Shown here: positions 37,118 to 48,945 of the stretch, piece by piece
Layout: each line of letters opens with the position of its first letter
How positions within the stretch are numbered: the first letter of the stretch is position 1
Assembly (NCBI GenBank): GCA_001642005.1
Contig: LWCA01000134.1
Location: 1-48,945 of the forward strand
DNA: 48,945 nt
From: Intoshia linei
Taxonomy: Eukaryota; Animalia; Orthonectida
Reading direction: 5' to 3'
The notes under the pieces: generated by a model
Database searches by the model: none
Told to the model about the DNA's origin: nothing
Seen by the model: only the letters and a program-made list of their open reading frames with translations
Position numbers and translations under genes: made by a program

Positions 37118-37959
37118 TACAGTATTGTGTATAATTAGAAAAAATAAAAATTTAAATTGCTTCACGTTGGTATAGTAAACGTTTTGTAATTTAATTTTAT
37201 TTTACATTTCATTGACAACAGTATTTATTTACCAATATCTTGGATATTTCAATCGAGTTATTTTCATATGAAATTTTTCAATATTTATAATTCATCATTG
37301 TTTCCAATTATTGAACCGTTGAATTTATACTTAGCGCCAAACTGTAATTATTTTTTTAATGTAATTTTGTAATTTATTATTATTAATTTAATTATATTTG
37401 TCTTGAATTTTTATTAATGGATTCATTCAATAATCTAAAATTGTTTAATTTCATAATGGGATAACCATAACATTTATGAAGTTAAATAATGGGTATCAAA
37501 AAGTATGACTCTAAAATAGTGGAAATGAGTAGTAGACTAATAATAGAGATGTAAATAAGTGAGGTCGGTTTTTTTAATTACAACTCATTTATGTTTTATT
37601 TATCTAGTTTTGATTTTTGTTTAAAAATTAAGTAAATTTTTTAATACAATTATCAACATTCTACTTTTATTTACGTATATTTTAAGAAATTTTATTTTTT
37701 AAAATTTAAATGTTTATTAATTAATCTATGGAATGGTTTATATGGAAAATATAACTTTATTGTTTTCTTAAATTAAATATTTATAAATCATCTGTAATTC
37801 TATTGGAATTTTTCAGTTTTAGTAAATATTTACTTTAAAATAATTTTAATTTATGTTATTTTAGATATTGATGTGAAAAAGTATTTAATGACGTTATTTA
37901 ATTATTAGTTGACAATATCTTATATTGTTTATTTATTATCATACCTTATTTATATCAAA

Positions 37960-40477
37960 ATGGCAAAAAATGACTTGCACAGCGCATGTTATGAAAACAT
38001 TCAGTTTAACCTACCTAAACAGTCCGTCCAAACTCTTTCAAAAGTGGTGGAAAGTGATTGGAAGTTGTTGAAAAAATTGGGTCTTTTGTCTTTTAATTCA
38101 CACGACAGTAGTTCTGTAGTTATTTCAAATAGAGGATTTAACCGTTCCAGCAACGTAAATCACAGACTTTCAACATTGAAACAAAATAATTCACTCAAAT
38201 TAAAACAAAATGATAGTACACTAACCAATTATACTAATTTGGTTAATATATCCAATATGCGTGCTCCTCATGTTAAACCCACCGAAATCAAATCTGTTCC
38301 GACTACAACAATTACGCATAAATTTGTCAAGTTGGCGAGACCTCCCACTGCATCAAATTGTCATATTCCGCTAAAAAAACCTAAAATTCAAGAGAATGTA
38401 TATGAACAAAACATTCAACCTGCACATTCTCAGAATGTTAATACAAATAAAGTATACTCTAAGCTCTATTCTAATGCGAATCAAGTGGATAGTTCAGGTA
38501 TTGGTCAATCCATTGCGAAATCTTTAGTAACATCAGAAATGCCAGTAATGAAACATCCTAGTGAACCAAATAGAGTTTATGTAAATAACAGCAACATTAG
38601 CGGTTCGAAAAGTAGAGAGAGACCAGAAGTTAGCCATGTAAATAGATTAAACCAACAAATGAATGTCCGTCTCTCATCTCCACTCCTAGTTAACCTGTTG
38701 GGTAAAAAATCTAAAGAGACAAACGAACCTTTTAGCTCAAACATTGTAGGAAAACCTACCTCTATGAACTACGCTAAAAACTCCAATAACCAAAACTATC
38801 AATATTTCAATTGTGATAATAAGCAATACACTCCAAATTCTCATTTAAACATGTATCCACCAAATAACGTTTATAAGGGAAAACGTGCGACAACACCTAA
38901 CGTTCATGTTTATTCTGTTAGACCTAGAATGAACTCTATTAGAAAACAATTACCTCAACGTGAAATTAGACCTGCTACTCCTAGACCCACAGCGAAACCT
39001 AGACAAACTCCTGTACCCTCAGTAGATTCGAATGGTTCAGAAACAGTTGAAAAGGAAGTTTTTTATGAATATTCTACTCCAGTGCCTAATGCTTATATAA
39101 AAAACGGTATTTTTATCTAAGGTTGGTAAATTTTAATTGTTTATTTAGATGTGAATCAAATTCACCGCCCACATTACGTTAATGTTAGAACTCAAAACAA
39201 TCAAATGTGGAATTATGATGCCAATCATGCGACTAATATGCCATTGCAAAGACGTACACCTGACAACCAAAACTTTAGGCGCGTTTACAGGGCTGAAAAT
39301 CGAATGAAAATTCCACAAATGGATCCCAACATGTATAAATATAAAAATGTCATAAATGGCTCAGCACTGACGCAAAATGCGCACTCTAGAAGAAATATAG
39401 CTTATTCCACGACACATTTTACCAAAAATGTGAATGATTATGAATACCAAAACAGAATGCAACAAAATGCTTACAAAAATTATTACGAAGGCCAACAAAT
39501 TATGCAACAGCCAAATCAAGTATACACCAATAATGTTCAGTACCAAAATCAGAAATTTAAAGTCATGCATGATCAACGTTATCAATATAGAGGTCAGGTT
39601 CGTAACATGAATGTCAATCAACCTCGAATTGAGAAAGGTTATATTTTTTATATTTGACTTTTTTTTTAATCTCATTTTAGAAGCTCAACGAATGTATAAT
39701 GATCCAAATGTACAATATAGAGGCAATGTCATGGTTCAAAGAAATGAAAAATATGCAAATTTTCAAAATACACAAAACAAAAACATTGGATTAACACCGC
39801 GTACTCCATGTTCACCCCACAATTCAACTTCGTCAATGTCTCCTAATGTAATGCACCCTAATCGACTTACAAATGCTACCATGCGGCATGTTAAATACCG
39901 AATGAATCCTGCCCATCTCAATTCCATGCATCCTCCTTCCATGTACAAAAAAAATGAATATTTAATGCACGACCCTCAATATTCCCAAGTCAATTTAAAG
40001 TCAAATATTCAACAAACCCCCATATCGAGAACATCCACTCCTCAAGAATATAAACAACCACTTTCTGTCAAACCTAACCAGCACTTTTCTCGGCCCGTAA
40101 AATCTTTACGATATAGTACACCTCATGATAATTATAACGAACAATACTTTACCATACCAGAAAATCCTTATTCAGTTTACTCGACAATGCCGAATAATTT
40201 AAACCAGCGAATGCAATATACAAATGAACCAATAAATAATTACCCTCAACCTACCCAAGAATATGTTAATAATAAATCTATGGATTCTTACAAGAATTAT
40301 GTACCTCATACATACAAAAACAGAAAAATGGCCAAATTTACTGCAGAAAAATTAGTTCAGGATGCAAAAAATTCTTCTCAGCTACCTAATGCTGTTGATA
40401 TGGAAGTAGCTGACAAAATTGAAAGCTATGACTTTCTCGTAAGCCTTATTCAAGAAACCAGCCCCAAAAACGGATAA
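37960..40477 (+). CDS. NCOA6: Nuclear receptor coactivator 6-like protein, about 810 aa (exons 37960-39106, 39149-39637, 39681-40477; 5' end uncertain)
   Basis: N-terminal IQFNLPKQSVQTLSKVVESDWKLLKKLGLLS resembles NCOA6 VTFNIPREAAERL..L..LGILS. LSSPLLVNLL matches the NCOA6 LxxLL-1 motif (TSPLLVNLL). The remainder is N/Q/Y/P low complexity. Confidence 0.75.
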
Positions 40478-40624
40478 TCATTGTACATTAATTTTAAACT
40501 TACAGGAATCCATTTTATTTTATTTATATTGTAAATTTTTACTTATTACAATTTGTAATTTAAATATGTATCTACTTAACTAATAAAGATAAGTATAATG
40601 ATTTATCTTACAAAAACAAATAAT

Positions 40625-43600
40625 TTACATTGTTCTTCCAATGAGTTCGTCTATGGAAGCGGGAGAATATTGATCATTACCAATGCGTACAAATATAACG
40701 TTTCTATCAAAATAAATAGTGAATCGTCCAAATCTGTATAATGGAGTATTGTGATATTTTTTATCTACCAATGGAACAAAAACAATATTGTGTTCGTATC
40801 CCTTTTTTTCGACCAATTCTTTCGCGGATGTAGCAGTTATGCATGGGTTGATTTGAGCGTACTAGAAATAAAATGATGAAATATCAAAACTAACATTACG
40901 TTTGAACTGCTAGGGTAGTTTGAAGTTCTCGAGGGTTCTGGTATATTATTGTTCATAAGTTGAATTGCTCTATTGAAATTATCTAAAAAATTGCAATAAA
41001 CAATTTAAAAGGTAAAAACCTTTTACAGATTGATCCTTGGCAAGTATCTCGGGAAATTCGTTTTTCCAGAGTGAAAACCATTTAGCAATCTGTTTAATAT
41101 TTGCATTTTTCACTTTTAACCACCCACCTAGAACTAGAAGCCATTTGGGAAAAAAACATTCCACCATTATCTTACTGAGTAAGCTAATTGGCATTACATC
41201 ATTCCATATAACAACATTTTCCCATTTATCTAAAAAAGTATAATTGATCAGTTTATCATGAATGCAAATTTTGTGATAAAAGGCACTCAAGATGAGTCTT
41301 AATAAAAGAATATTTTTTTACTTGCAAATCTGAACATAGTAGTTTATAAGTTATTTCATTTTTAAATAATAATTATGTTAGAAACTTTTTTAAAAAAAAT
41401 GATATTTTTACTTTCATTATTCAGCAATTTACACGTGTAAATACGATATAAACCACTGGATCCATACGCTCAACCACCATGTAACTGGTCTAACGACATT
41501 TGAGATCCTGTTAATTTTCAAGGGTTAACGCTGATGTTCAGATTTCATAATTGAAAACATTACAATATTCAGTACAAATTAAACCTTAATTAAGACACAT
41601 TGTGGCTGCATGTTGAACATGGCATTATAAAAAAAATCTAAATTTTTTTGTGGACCCAATGGATCAAACGTACCACCCCGACAATGGATGATATAATTGA
41701 CTCATCTGCAAATTCTATTTAAATTAAACATCATCGATCAAAATCCTTAATAATAACAAAAAAATTACCCATTTTTTGATTTTGGGGGTTAATTTCAAAT
41801 CGATTCATTTCTTGATAAAGTTTAGGGAAGATATTGGTTAAAATGAAACTATACACATTTCTGGGATCAAAAATACCGATCCATGGTTTAAGTATATTTT
41901 TAGCTGAATGGTCATGTGGTCTCCAATTTTTTAGAATGTTAGCAAGTTTTTGTTGGATAAGTTCTTCAATCTGATTCATTTGCGGAGCTGAATAGTAAAA
42001 ATGAAAAAATTGTCAAAACCAGACTACCATCAAGTATATCTTTCCAAATAATGGTCCATTCATGGATAGGCACCTTATCCAAAGTAGGATTCCAATTATG
42101 AATATAGTTGAGCAATTGAGGTAAAATATAATCATTCACCATGTGGTCATATATTGGTTCAGATATTATATTTTTATAATCTCTGACAAGTATAAAAACC
42201 GGTTCCGAGTAAACAACAGGGTTCCAGGTTCTAAATGAAACATTTGCAAAAAAGACTACATTATTACCGTATTGTTTCAGTAAATTTTTTAAAAAAAATA
42301 TTCCAAACAAGTTCGTCATAACAGGTATTTAAAGGGCTTTTTTCGATTTTCCAATTTTCATATAGCTGGAAAAAAATATCATAGTACATGGTGGGTGCTT
42401 CAAGAATATTCCAATGGCATAAATGAGCGTCAATCTGGACAAAAATATTTAAATAAATAGTTTAGACAAATTAAAAATTACCAATGGATATAGTAAAATT
42501 GGTGGAATTTGTCGATAGTTTATGAATTTAAGATAACTGACATGTTCAATAAACATTTTTTTGATAAAATTGCCGCAAAAAATAATTTTAGCGTCATTGT
42601 CCGCACAATTTGATAATTCCATTTTATATCTAAAGGTTTTTAAATTCGAAATCATAAACAAATTTACTCTTTAATTGACGCAATCATTTTCTTTATATTA
42701 GAAATAGCTGTGACAGTATCATTAACATTTTCTCGTGAAAGGTCATACTCACTTTTCAATTTATTTAAATTTGCATTGAGAGAAACATCTTTTTGTTTAA
42801 AACTTTCAACTTCATTTCGCATTTTTACATACATGTTCCGAATTGCATTGAGAAGTCTATCATTTTTTCCAGTATAATCAGCAGAATGTACATTTGATTT
42901 AAAGGACAAACAGCCATATCCTAAATTCAATGTAATTAGGTTTACACTAATTTACTAAAAATTAAACACGATTCATTACCACTTATAACTTTAGCAGACT
43001 CCCCCGTCATGTCCACAACTTTGTCACCGTAAATTTCATAATTTATATTATTTTCAAAAGGTTCATTATTTTTTAGTACGTCTCCAGCATCTTTGTCATT
43101 TGGCTATTAAAATAAATAATTAAATAATCAAGAACAACTACTTTATAGTCTTTATGCCAAGGCTTGATAGTAACCACATTCTTTTTCAATACATTATCGG
43201 ATTGCATCTGTTCATCATACTTGTCAAATGTATCTTGTGTGACAATTTTATCTTCTTTGTAATAACCTAATGCGCTTTTTCCCTGGCGAGCAGAAACTTT
43301 TATAGGATTAACAATACCTTGTAAATTTTTTCCGAGTCCTCTTCCGGGAACGTGGCCCATCTAAAATATTTTGTTAAGAATCTTTAAATTAATTTATTAA
43401 CTTTTTGCAAGAGTTTCATTCCAATACCATAAGTTCGGCTGTTGTACGTAGAACTATATAAAAAGTTATAAACACCAAAATCATTTTCATTTAATTTTTT
43501 TAATTAAAAACATACGATTTCATTGTTTCAAAAGTGTCTTCAGTACATTGCATATTTTTATGTTGCTTTATATTTTCTGGTTCGCATTCGTCGTCCGAGT

Positions 43601-45305
43601 CTTTTATAGACTAGAAAAATGAAAAATAGAATAATTAGTAAAAAATCAATTACATAAACATCATCTTCAACAGGGTTGAAAACTGTTCCAGTCACAAATT
43701 CAATGTTATCAGATGACGCATCTTCAATAATTCTGGATTTCTTTGAAGAAACAAAAATACCTACATTGCATATATAATTATACACATACACGGAATTTTA
43801 CCAACATTCACTTTACATAATTAAGGATTTGATCCAGAGCCGAACCTACCAAGCTCGAAGTCATTAAAATGATCCTAAATATGTTCACAGACGATGCGTA
43901 GCGTAATATAGACTTATCCACCTCTGCAAGGCTTTTGACATTTAAAATTAAACACATATTTTTAAAAAATAGTTCAATTCACTCCTAAAGATGAACCTCG
44001 GTACGGTAGGTTCGACACTGATATTGACCATTGACACTCTTGACGCAGTTATGCGTCAAAATTATATTTTAAGAATTTAAAAATTAGTAATCTCAAAGTT
44101 AATTTATAATCATATCCAAGGATACACTGATATTACCTTTGGTTTATATCAGGGGTTCCAAAACTCATTTTGCCTACCGCCCCTTTTTTAGCAATATATT
44201 TTCTCAACGCTACCCCCCTAAAAAAATTTTCGACTAAAATATAAAAGCGATAATTAAAATTATAATTGAAGTCACCAATTGTCACTAATATTCGAAAATA
44301 AGAATTTCAAATTGGCAAAATCGCAATTTGTTTTTTAAACCGAACTAACATTGGGATTAATTTGTAATCTTTATAGTACATCCTGTATTGTTATTTTAAT
44401 TAAGTAACTAATCTAAGAAAAAAATTCCTTTTTCACATCCGGCTACACCAAATAAATAATATTTTTTTAATTATTTGTTGATACCAAGTATGCTTCATGG
44501 ATTATACCGGAACAAACATTTCATTATGTTGTACATCACAAACTTAGTAAAGAGTTCTTTATTGTGTTATCATTCATATTAAAAGTCGGCAACAATTGGA
44601 CAGAATAATTTTGGTTATCCTTTGAATAAATATGCAAATTATTTATTTTCAACTTTTAAACACCTTTTTAAATATTTTTTACTATAATTGGCTCATTATA
44701 ATAATTTTAACTGTTCATTTCATATCGTCTGGATATTATTTTGTTGAATATATTAGAACCGTTTCTCTTTAGTTAAAATTGAAATGAATCAATCAAATTT
44801 TCAAGACCCGTAGAATTTTTTAATATAAAAAAGTGGCTCACGAGACGCAAAGGATTGCGACCCCTCATTTATATTTTTATTATGGATTTTATCAAATGCA
44901 TTTACTATTCTTTCTTCTTATTCTTTATATTACTTCGGTTTAACATTTGTTTTTTTTATGCACCCGTAATAAAACCATTAATGTCAACTGGACATTATCC
45001 ACATTGACCACGTGGAGAATGTGAACCATAATAATTTCCATCACTTAATTAATTTTTTGTACCTAAAAATTATTGTTACCCATTTCGGACTCACTGGTCT
45101 GCACTTTTTTATGAAAATCAAAACTATAGATTTACTCTCTGAAAATAGCATTTGATTTTTGAAAAGTAAATGTTATTCTATATTAAAATGTATAACCATA
45201 TGTTGCTTCTTCTTTTGTTTGAACATGACTGGAACGGTTTAGATTGAATTCGTTTCTTATATCATCATCATTAATTTCGAAACTTTCGTATTCCGGAGAT
45301 GACAT
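40625..45305 (-). CDS. TFIP11: Tuftelin-interacting protein 11 / Ntr1 (G-patch spliceosome disassembly factor)
   Basis: Exon 1 (45305-45197) [32 protein letters not shown]|G; G-patch GIGMKLLQK|[20 protein letters not shown]; WNP..D.VPIHEW; C-terminus [21 protein letters not shown]. Confidence 0.92.
44150..44866. mobile_element. hAT-type MITE in TFIP11 intron 1
   Basis: Ends CAGGGGTTCCAAA / ATTGCGACCCCTC; TSD GTTTATAT / ATTTATAT (7/8). Confidence 0.65.
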
Positions 45306-46182
45306 TTTATTTATCAATTTTAAGACTATGTAAAGCTTTGGATATATCGCACATTATTTCTTTTATTTTTAAAATTGTGTAATTAAAGTTTGGATTCAAT
45401 TTATTTTATATAGTCATGTTTATTTTGTAATATATTGTTTTTCAATTTGAATAAAATTTATTATGAATTCATTATCGTTGTCAATATAAGTAATTTGATA
45501 TCATTACAACTTGTAATTTACAGAAACGCATCCTGCTTTCTGTAGTAAGAAATCTGGTCTTTCATAGAGAGATAATGTTAGAAAGGGTTGAGACATTGAT
45601 CAATTTCAAAATGTACGTTTTATTGTCATCTAAAAAATGCCGACAGACTGATGTCATATGATGAAATAATTCTTTGGTACTTAATTCTCAAAAAGTACTT
45701 AAAAAGTGCTTTAATTCAAATTTATCAAAATCAAATACTAAAAAACTTTAATCTTTTCTTAACTATGTTATTGTTATTATTAAGGTTGATAATAACATCA
45801 CTTTTTTATGTTAATGTTTTACAAAATACCTTATATAGTTATGTTTCTAATGCATTCACCTGCATTTAAAAATTTTTCGACTTTGTCTGAAACCAAAATT
45901 GAATTTTTGAAATGTTAGAAATCTAATTATCCAACAAAGAATTTTAACACAATACGCCAATATTTTAGACCTTAATGACCAAAAATATTTTGGTGTAATG
46001 TTAACAATGTTTGTCGTCAAACGCATATTTTTATAAAAGAAATTGTACTATTACAATTATAAATTTAAATATTGAACCTAGATAATACAATTAATCATTA
46101 TTTAGAATGCGTTGCAATTTAATAGTATTATTTCAATATTTAGTGACGTATATTGAAATTATATGTAAACAAATATGGTAAA

Positions 46183-47293
46183 ATGAAGAAGGTAATATTA
46201 TCAAAAACCAATATCTTCTCCTTAATAACGAGAAAGTACATTTACAGAATAGAAAAGTATTTGCAAGATTATGAGAATGACGCATTTTTAAAAATGCGAA
46301 AAGACGGCATGCCGATATTGTGTTATATAGCCAATCTTACCGATTTCGAAGAAGATTATTTGTGTTTTGTAGCACGCAAATTGATAAAGAATGGTGCGTC
46401 GGTCGCTACAAAAGACGATCAATTTAATCGAAATGCTTTGCACTACGCTTGCTACAATTTCAAACCAAAATGTAATTTTTTTCTGTTTTAAAATTTAAAT
46501 AAATAATTATAAATTGTTAGTAATTGAAATATTTTTAAATTCAATGGATTACAATATAAATGCACTGGATAATTTAAAAAATACCGCTTTGTATTATTCA
46601 TGTATCAACTACATCAATAATAGAGACGAGGGGACATTATCAGTGATAAATAGGATTATGAATTTTATGAAAAAATGCAACCCTTTGATAGAAAAAATTT
46701 TGAATAGAAAAAATGAATTGGGTATTACATGTTTTCAAGTTATGAAAAAATGCCCTGAACTTAATCAATGTATACATTTATGTAGAAATTCAATAAGAAA
46801 TAATGAAAGAAAATATACACAACATAGTTGTTACATGAAAAATAAATTATTTTCTCGAATGGGTAGTTTAAATATTTATGAAAGTAATACTCCAATATTT
46901 CCAAAAATTGACAGGTCTAATACTGCACCTCAAACGAGAAGATCATACAACACTTGTCGCAATTCATTTGATTTTATCAATGAAAAAGTCAGAAGAGATG
47001 ATTCTAACCTGAAAAAATTAAATAATTATACAGAAAAAGAAAATTTGAATTCTAGACAAAGTATAAGTTTGATGTATTATTTGTATTTACACCAGTTCAG
47101 TCCGTCTTATGTAGCTAATCATTCTTTCAGCAATCTGGCCGACAATAAATCTATTCCTACTCCAGGTAGTTCAAGAACATCTATACGTGTGGATCATCAC
47201 GTTTCTATAAAAAGTTTTAAAAGCGAATCTATATTCTTTAATTTAAAAAGCAAGGATTTGGGTGACGTTTCAAACTATATTTTAAAAATTTAA
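46183..47293 (+). CDS. Ankyrin-repeat protein (intron 46472-46520; start uncertain)
   Basis: RKLIKNGASVATKDDQFNRNALHYAC..|LIEIFL..NINALDNLKNTALYYSC..LNRKNELGIT are ankyrin consensus repeats; Ser-rich tail. Confidence 0.75.
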
Positions 47294-47530
47294 TATACGT
47301 ACTGTACTGTATTAATAAACTTTTATTTTCAATTTTTACTTTATTTTTTAAACAATATATCCGTATTACCAACTGGGTAATACCTATGTAATGTTTATTG
47401 TAACAATAATTTTTAAATAAGTTTTTATTCTGTTTCAATATTCTAAAGATACTTAAGTCGTAATATAAAATAGATTAGTTTCGAATGTAAATATAGAGAT
47501 TAATAAACTAATCTTGTCTCATAGACTACA

Positions 47531-48560
47531 TTACACCTCCCCGTCAAAATTAGTGATATATTCACTAAGGTGTGAAAGTGGTTTCCAAACACATTGAGCT
47601 ACACCTAGTCATTGGTCACAGAGTATTCTTGACGTGACATGAGAGGAGGTAACATAACTTGGTACTGGTCTCCAACTCTAACATCCGTCCGATGCAATTT
47701 GGAGCTGGATTTTGAAGAATGTGAATCAGCTTTTTGGTTATTTTTAGTCTTAGATCTTTTTTTTCGTTTCACATTATAGTCTTTCATAATAATGTCCAAA
47801 TTTGTTGAACCGTCCATTAACAAAGTTTTTTCTTCGTCCTTGACAAAAACATCGTTTTCACCCTCAATTTGAATATCGAATGTTTTCATTAAGTCGTCTT
47901 TCGTTGGATTGTATTCAGTGTCGGTAGTTTCAGAGCAACTCGTTTCGTTTTTAATGAGCATAATTGTATTTTCATTCTGATCAGTGTTGTCATTTTGTAA
48001 ATCAACCGATGTGGTCAGATTACCCTGCAAGAGATTTACTTTCATCTTGTCTTTCCAGCAAAGCTCTTCATAATGGGAAAATTTCCCACAATTTTTACAT
48101 TTATGGCTCCATGCAGGGCAATTTGTTCGGATTTTACAGAATTTTCCACACCCACGGCAATAATTTATATTTGTTTAATAATTGGATTCTTTTTCGTTAA
48201 CAAATTCATAAAGTATTGCGTGAGCTAACGCCATCTTATGTGATAGGCTAACTTGCATAAGTTAATTATTGTAAAGTTTTATCAGTTAGACCGTATAAAA
48301 ATTGATCCCGAAGTACCTCAAATTTTAATTTTGCATCGTAATTACATTTATCAACTTGTTCCCTCAACTCGGCATTAAATTCAGCAATAGATTTTTGCTG
48401 TTAAAGGATTTTCCTTAATTTAAATCTCTCAATTATTTTGTACAATCTGTATATCGATCATAATTGTTGCATCTTCCAAACTATAAAATTTGCATGCTTC
48501 ATAGCCTATAAGATTCTTACAAAGACTTGCTATATTTTGTCTGTAGCAATTCTTTCATCT
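47531..48560 (-). pseudogene. Degenerate Ty3/Gypsy-type Gag fused to an acidic linker and an ELM2 domain
   Basis: LIGYEACKFYSL..ERFKLRKIL*QQKSIAEFNAELREQVDKCNY..LRDQFLYGLTD..CRGCGKFC..CPAWSHKCKNCGKFSHYEELC, then in frame ..KRKKRSK..VRVGDQYQVMLP..[frameshift]LGVAQCVWKP. Stops at about 48402, 48267 and 48176. Confidence 0.75.
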
Positions 48561-48945
48561 GGATTATGTGAAATGTTTCGGTAAAAATACATAAAATTTA
48601 TTTATGTTAATACTAATCAATAAAATGTATTGATAAATAAAGTTAATTTTGAATAATAAATTTTGGAATGGATTATCGAAGAGTAACTCCAATTGTCAAA
48701 TGGGTTCGGAATTTATTGAGCCGTGTAGGTAGATTAATATATTTGTAAAGTTTAATGTTTCCTCAACTTGACAAATTTTCGCGTGAATTACAGTGGTTTT
48801 TCTACAATATGAATGTCAAGGGACTGATATTTAGAATATTTATAATAGAGTTGGTTGTACAATATGAATGAAATGAATATTAACAAAAATGTATAAGTAT
48901 TTATTTTTGCAATGGAAAATAGTTTGTAATTTTGTTGCTATTTTC

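Noticed and set aside
44040-44059. Short palindromes (TTGACGCA-GTTA-TGCGTCAA; also near 11411, 19437 and 20733)
   Set aside because: Short isolated stems with no supporting context.
47605-47633. A 29-nt intron that would restore the ELM2 frame
   Set aside because: Weak donor (GTCAAG), shorter than other introns here, and it removes RCOR-like residues. A frameshift fits better with the other disabling lesions.
48175-48403. TAA reassignment to an amino acid, since all Gag stops are TAA
   Set aside because: Conserved genes in the window terminate at TAA, and frameshifts are also present.
1-48945. Prokaryotic systems (operons, CRISPR, defence islands)
   Set aside because: Genes are spliceosomal-intron-rich eukaryotic orthologs; no repeat-spacer array was seen.

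Overview
Very AT-rich, gene-dense eukaryotic (metazoan) DNA with many GT-AG micro-introns of about 35-55 nt, so the ORF track fragments nearly every gene. Metazoan-type genes (NCOA6, MANSC/MANEC proteins), a motile-cilium gene, strong divergence and tiny introns suggest a reduced parasitic animal such as an orthonectid (inference only). Manual splicing gives, in order: the 3' part of RBM28; three tandem paralogous MANSC/MANEC-like type I membrane proteins with unrelated stalks; ORC5 (minus), whose 3.5-kb intron holds an entire antisense ODAD3/CCDC151 gene; EPT1/SELENOI; EIF3I; LMBRD2; a TIM9 lacking its fourth Cys; a short NCOA6; TFIP11; an ankyrin-repeat gene; and a decayed chimera of an LTR-retrotransposon Gag fused in frame to a CoREST-like ELM2 domain. 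Intergenic DNA and long introns are filled with nested non-autonomous transposons (hAT, Tc1/pogo, piggyBac, a Helitron-like family) and the end of a DD41D/rosa-type element. All gene identities come from recalled family motifs, not database searches.
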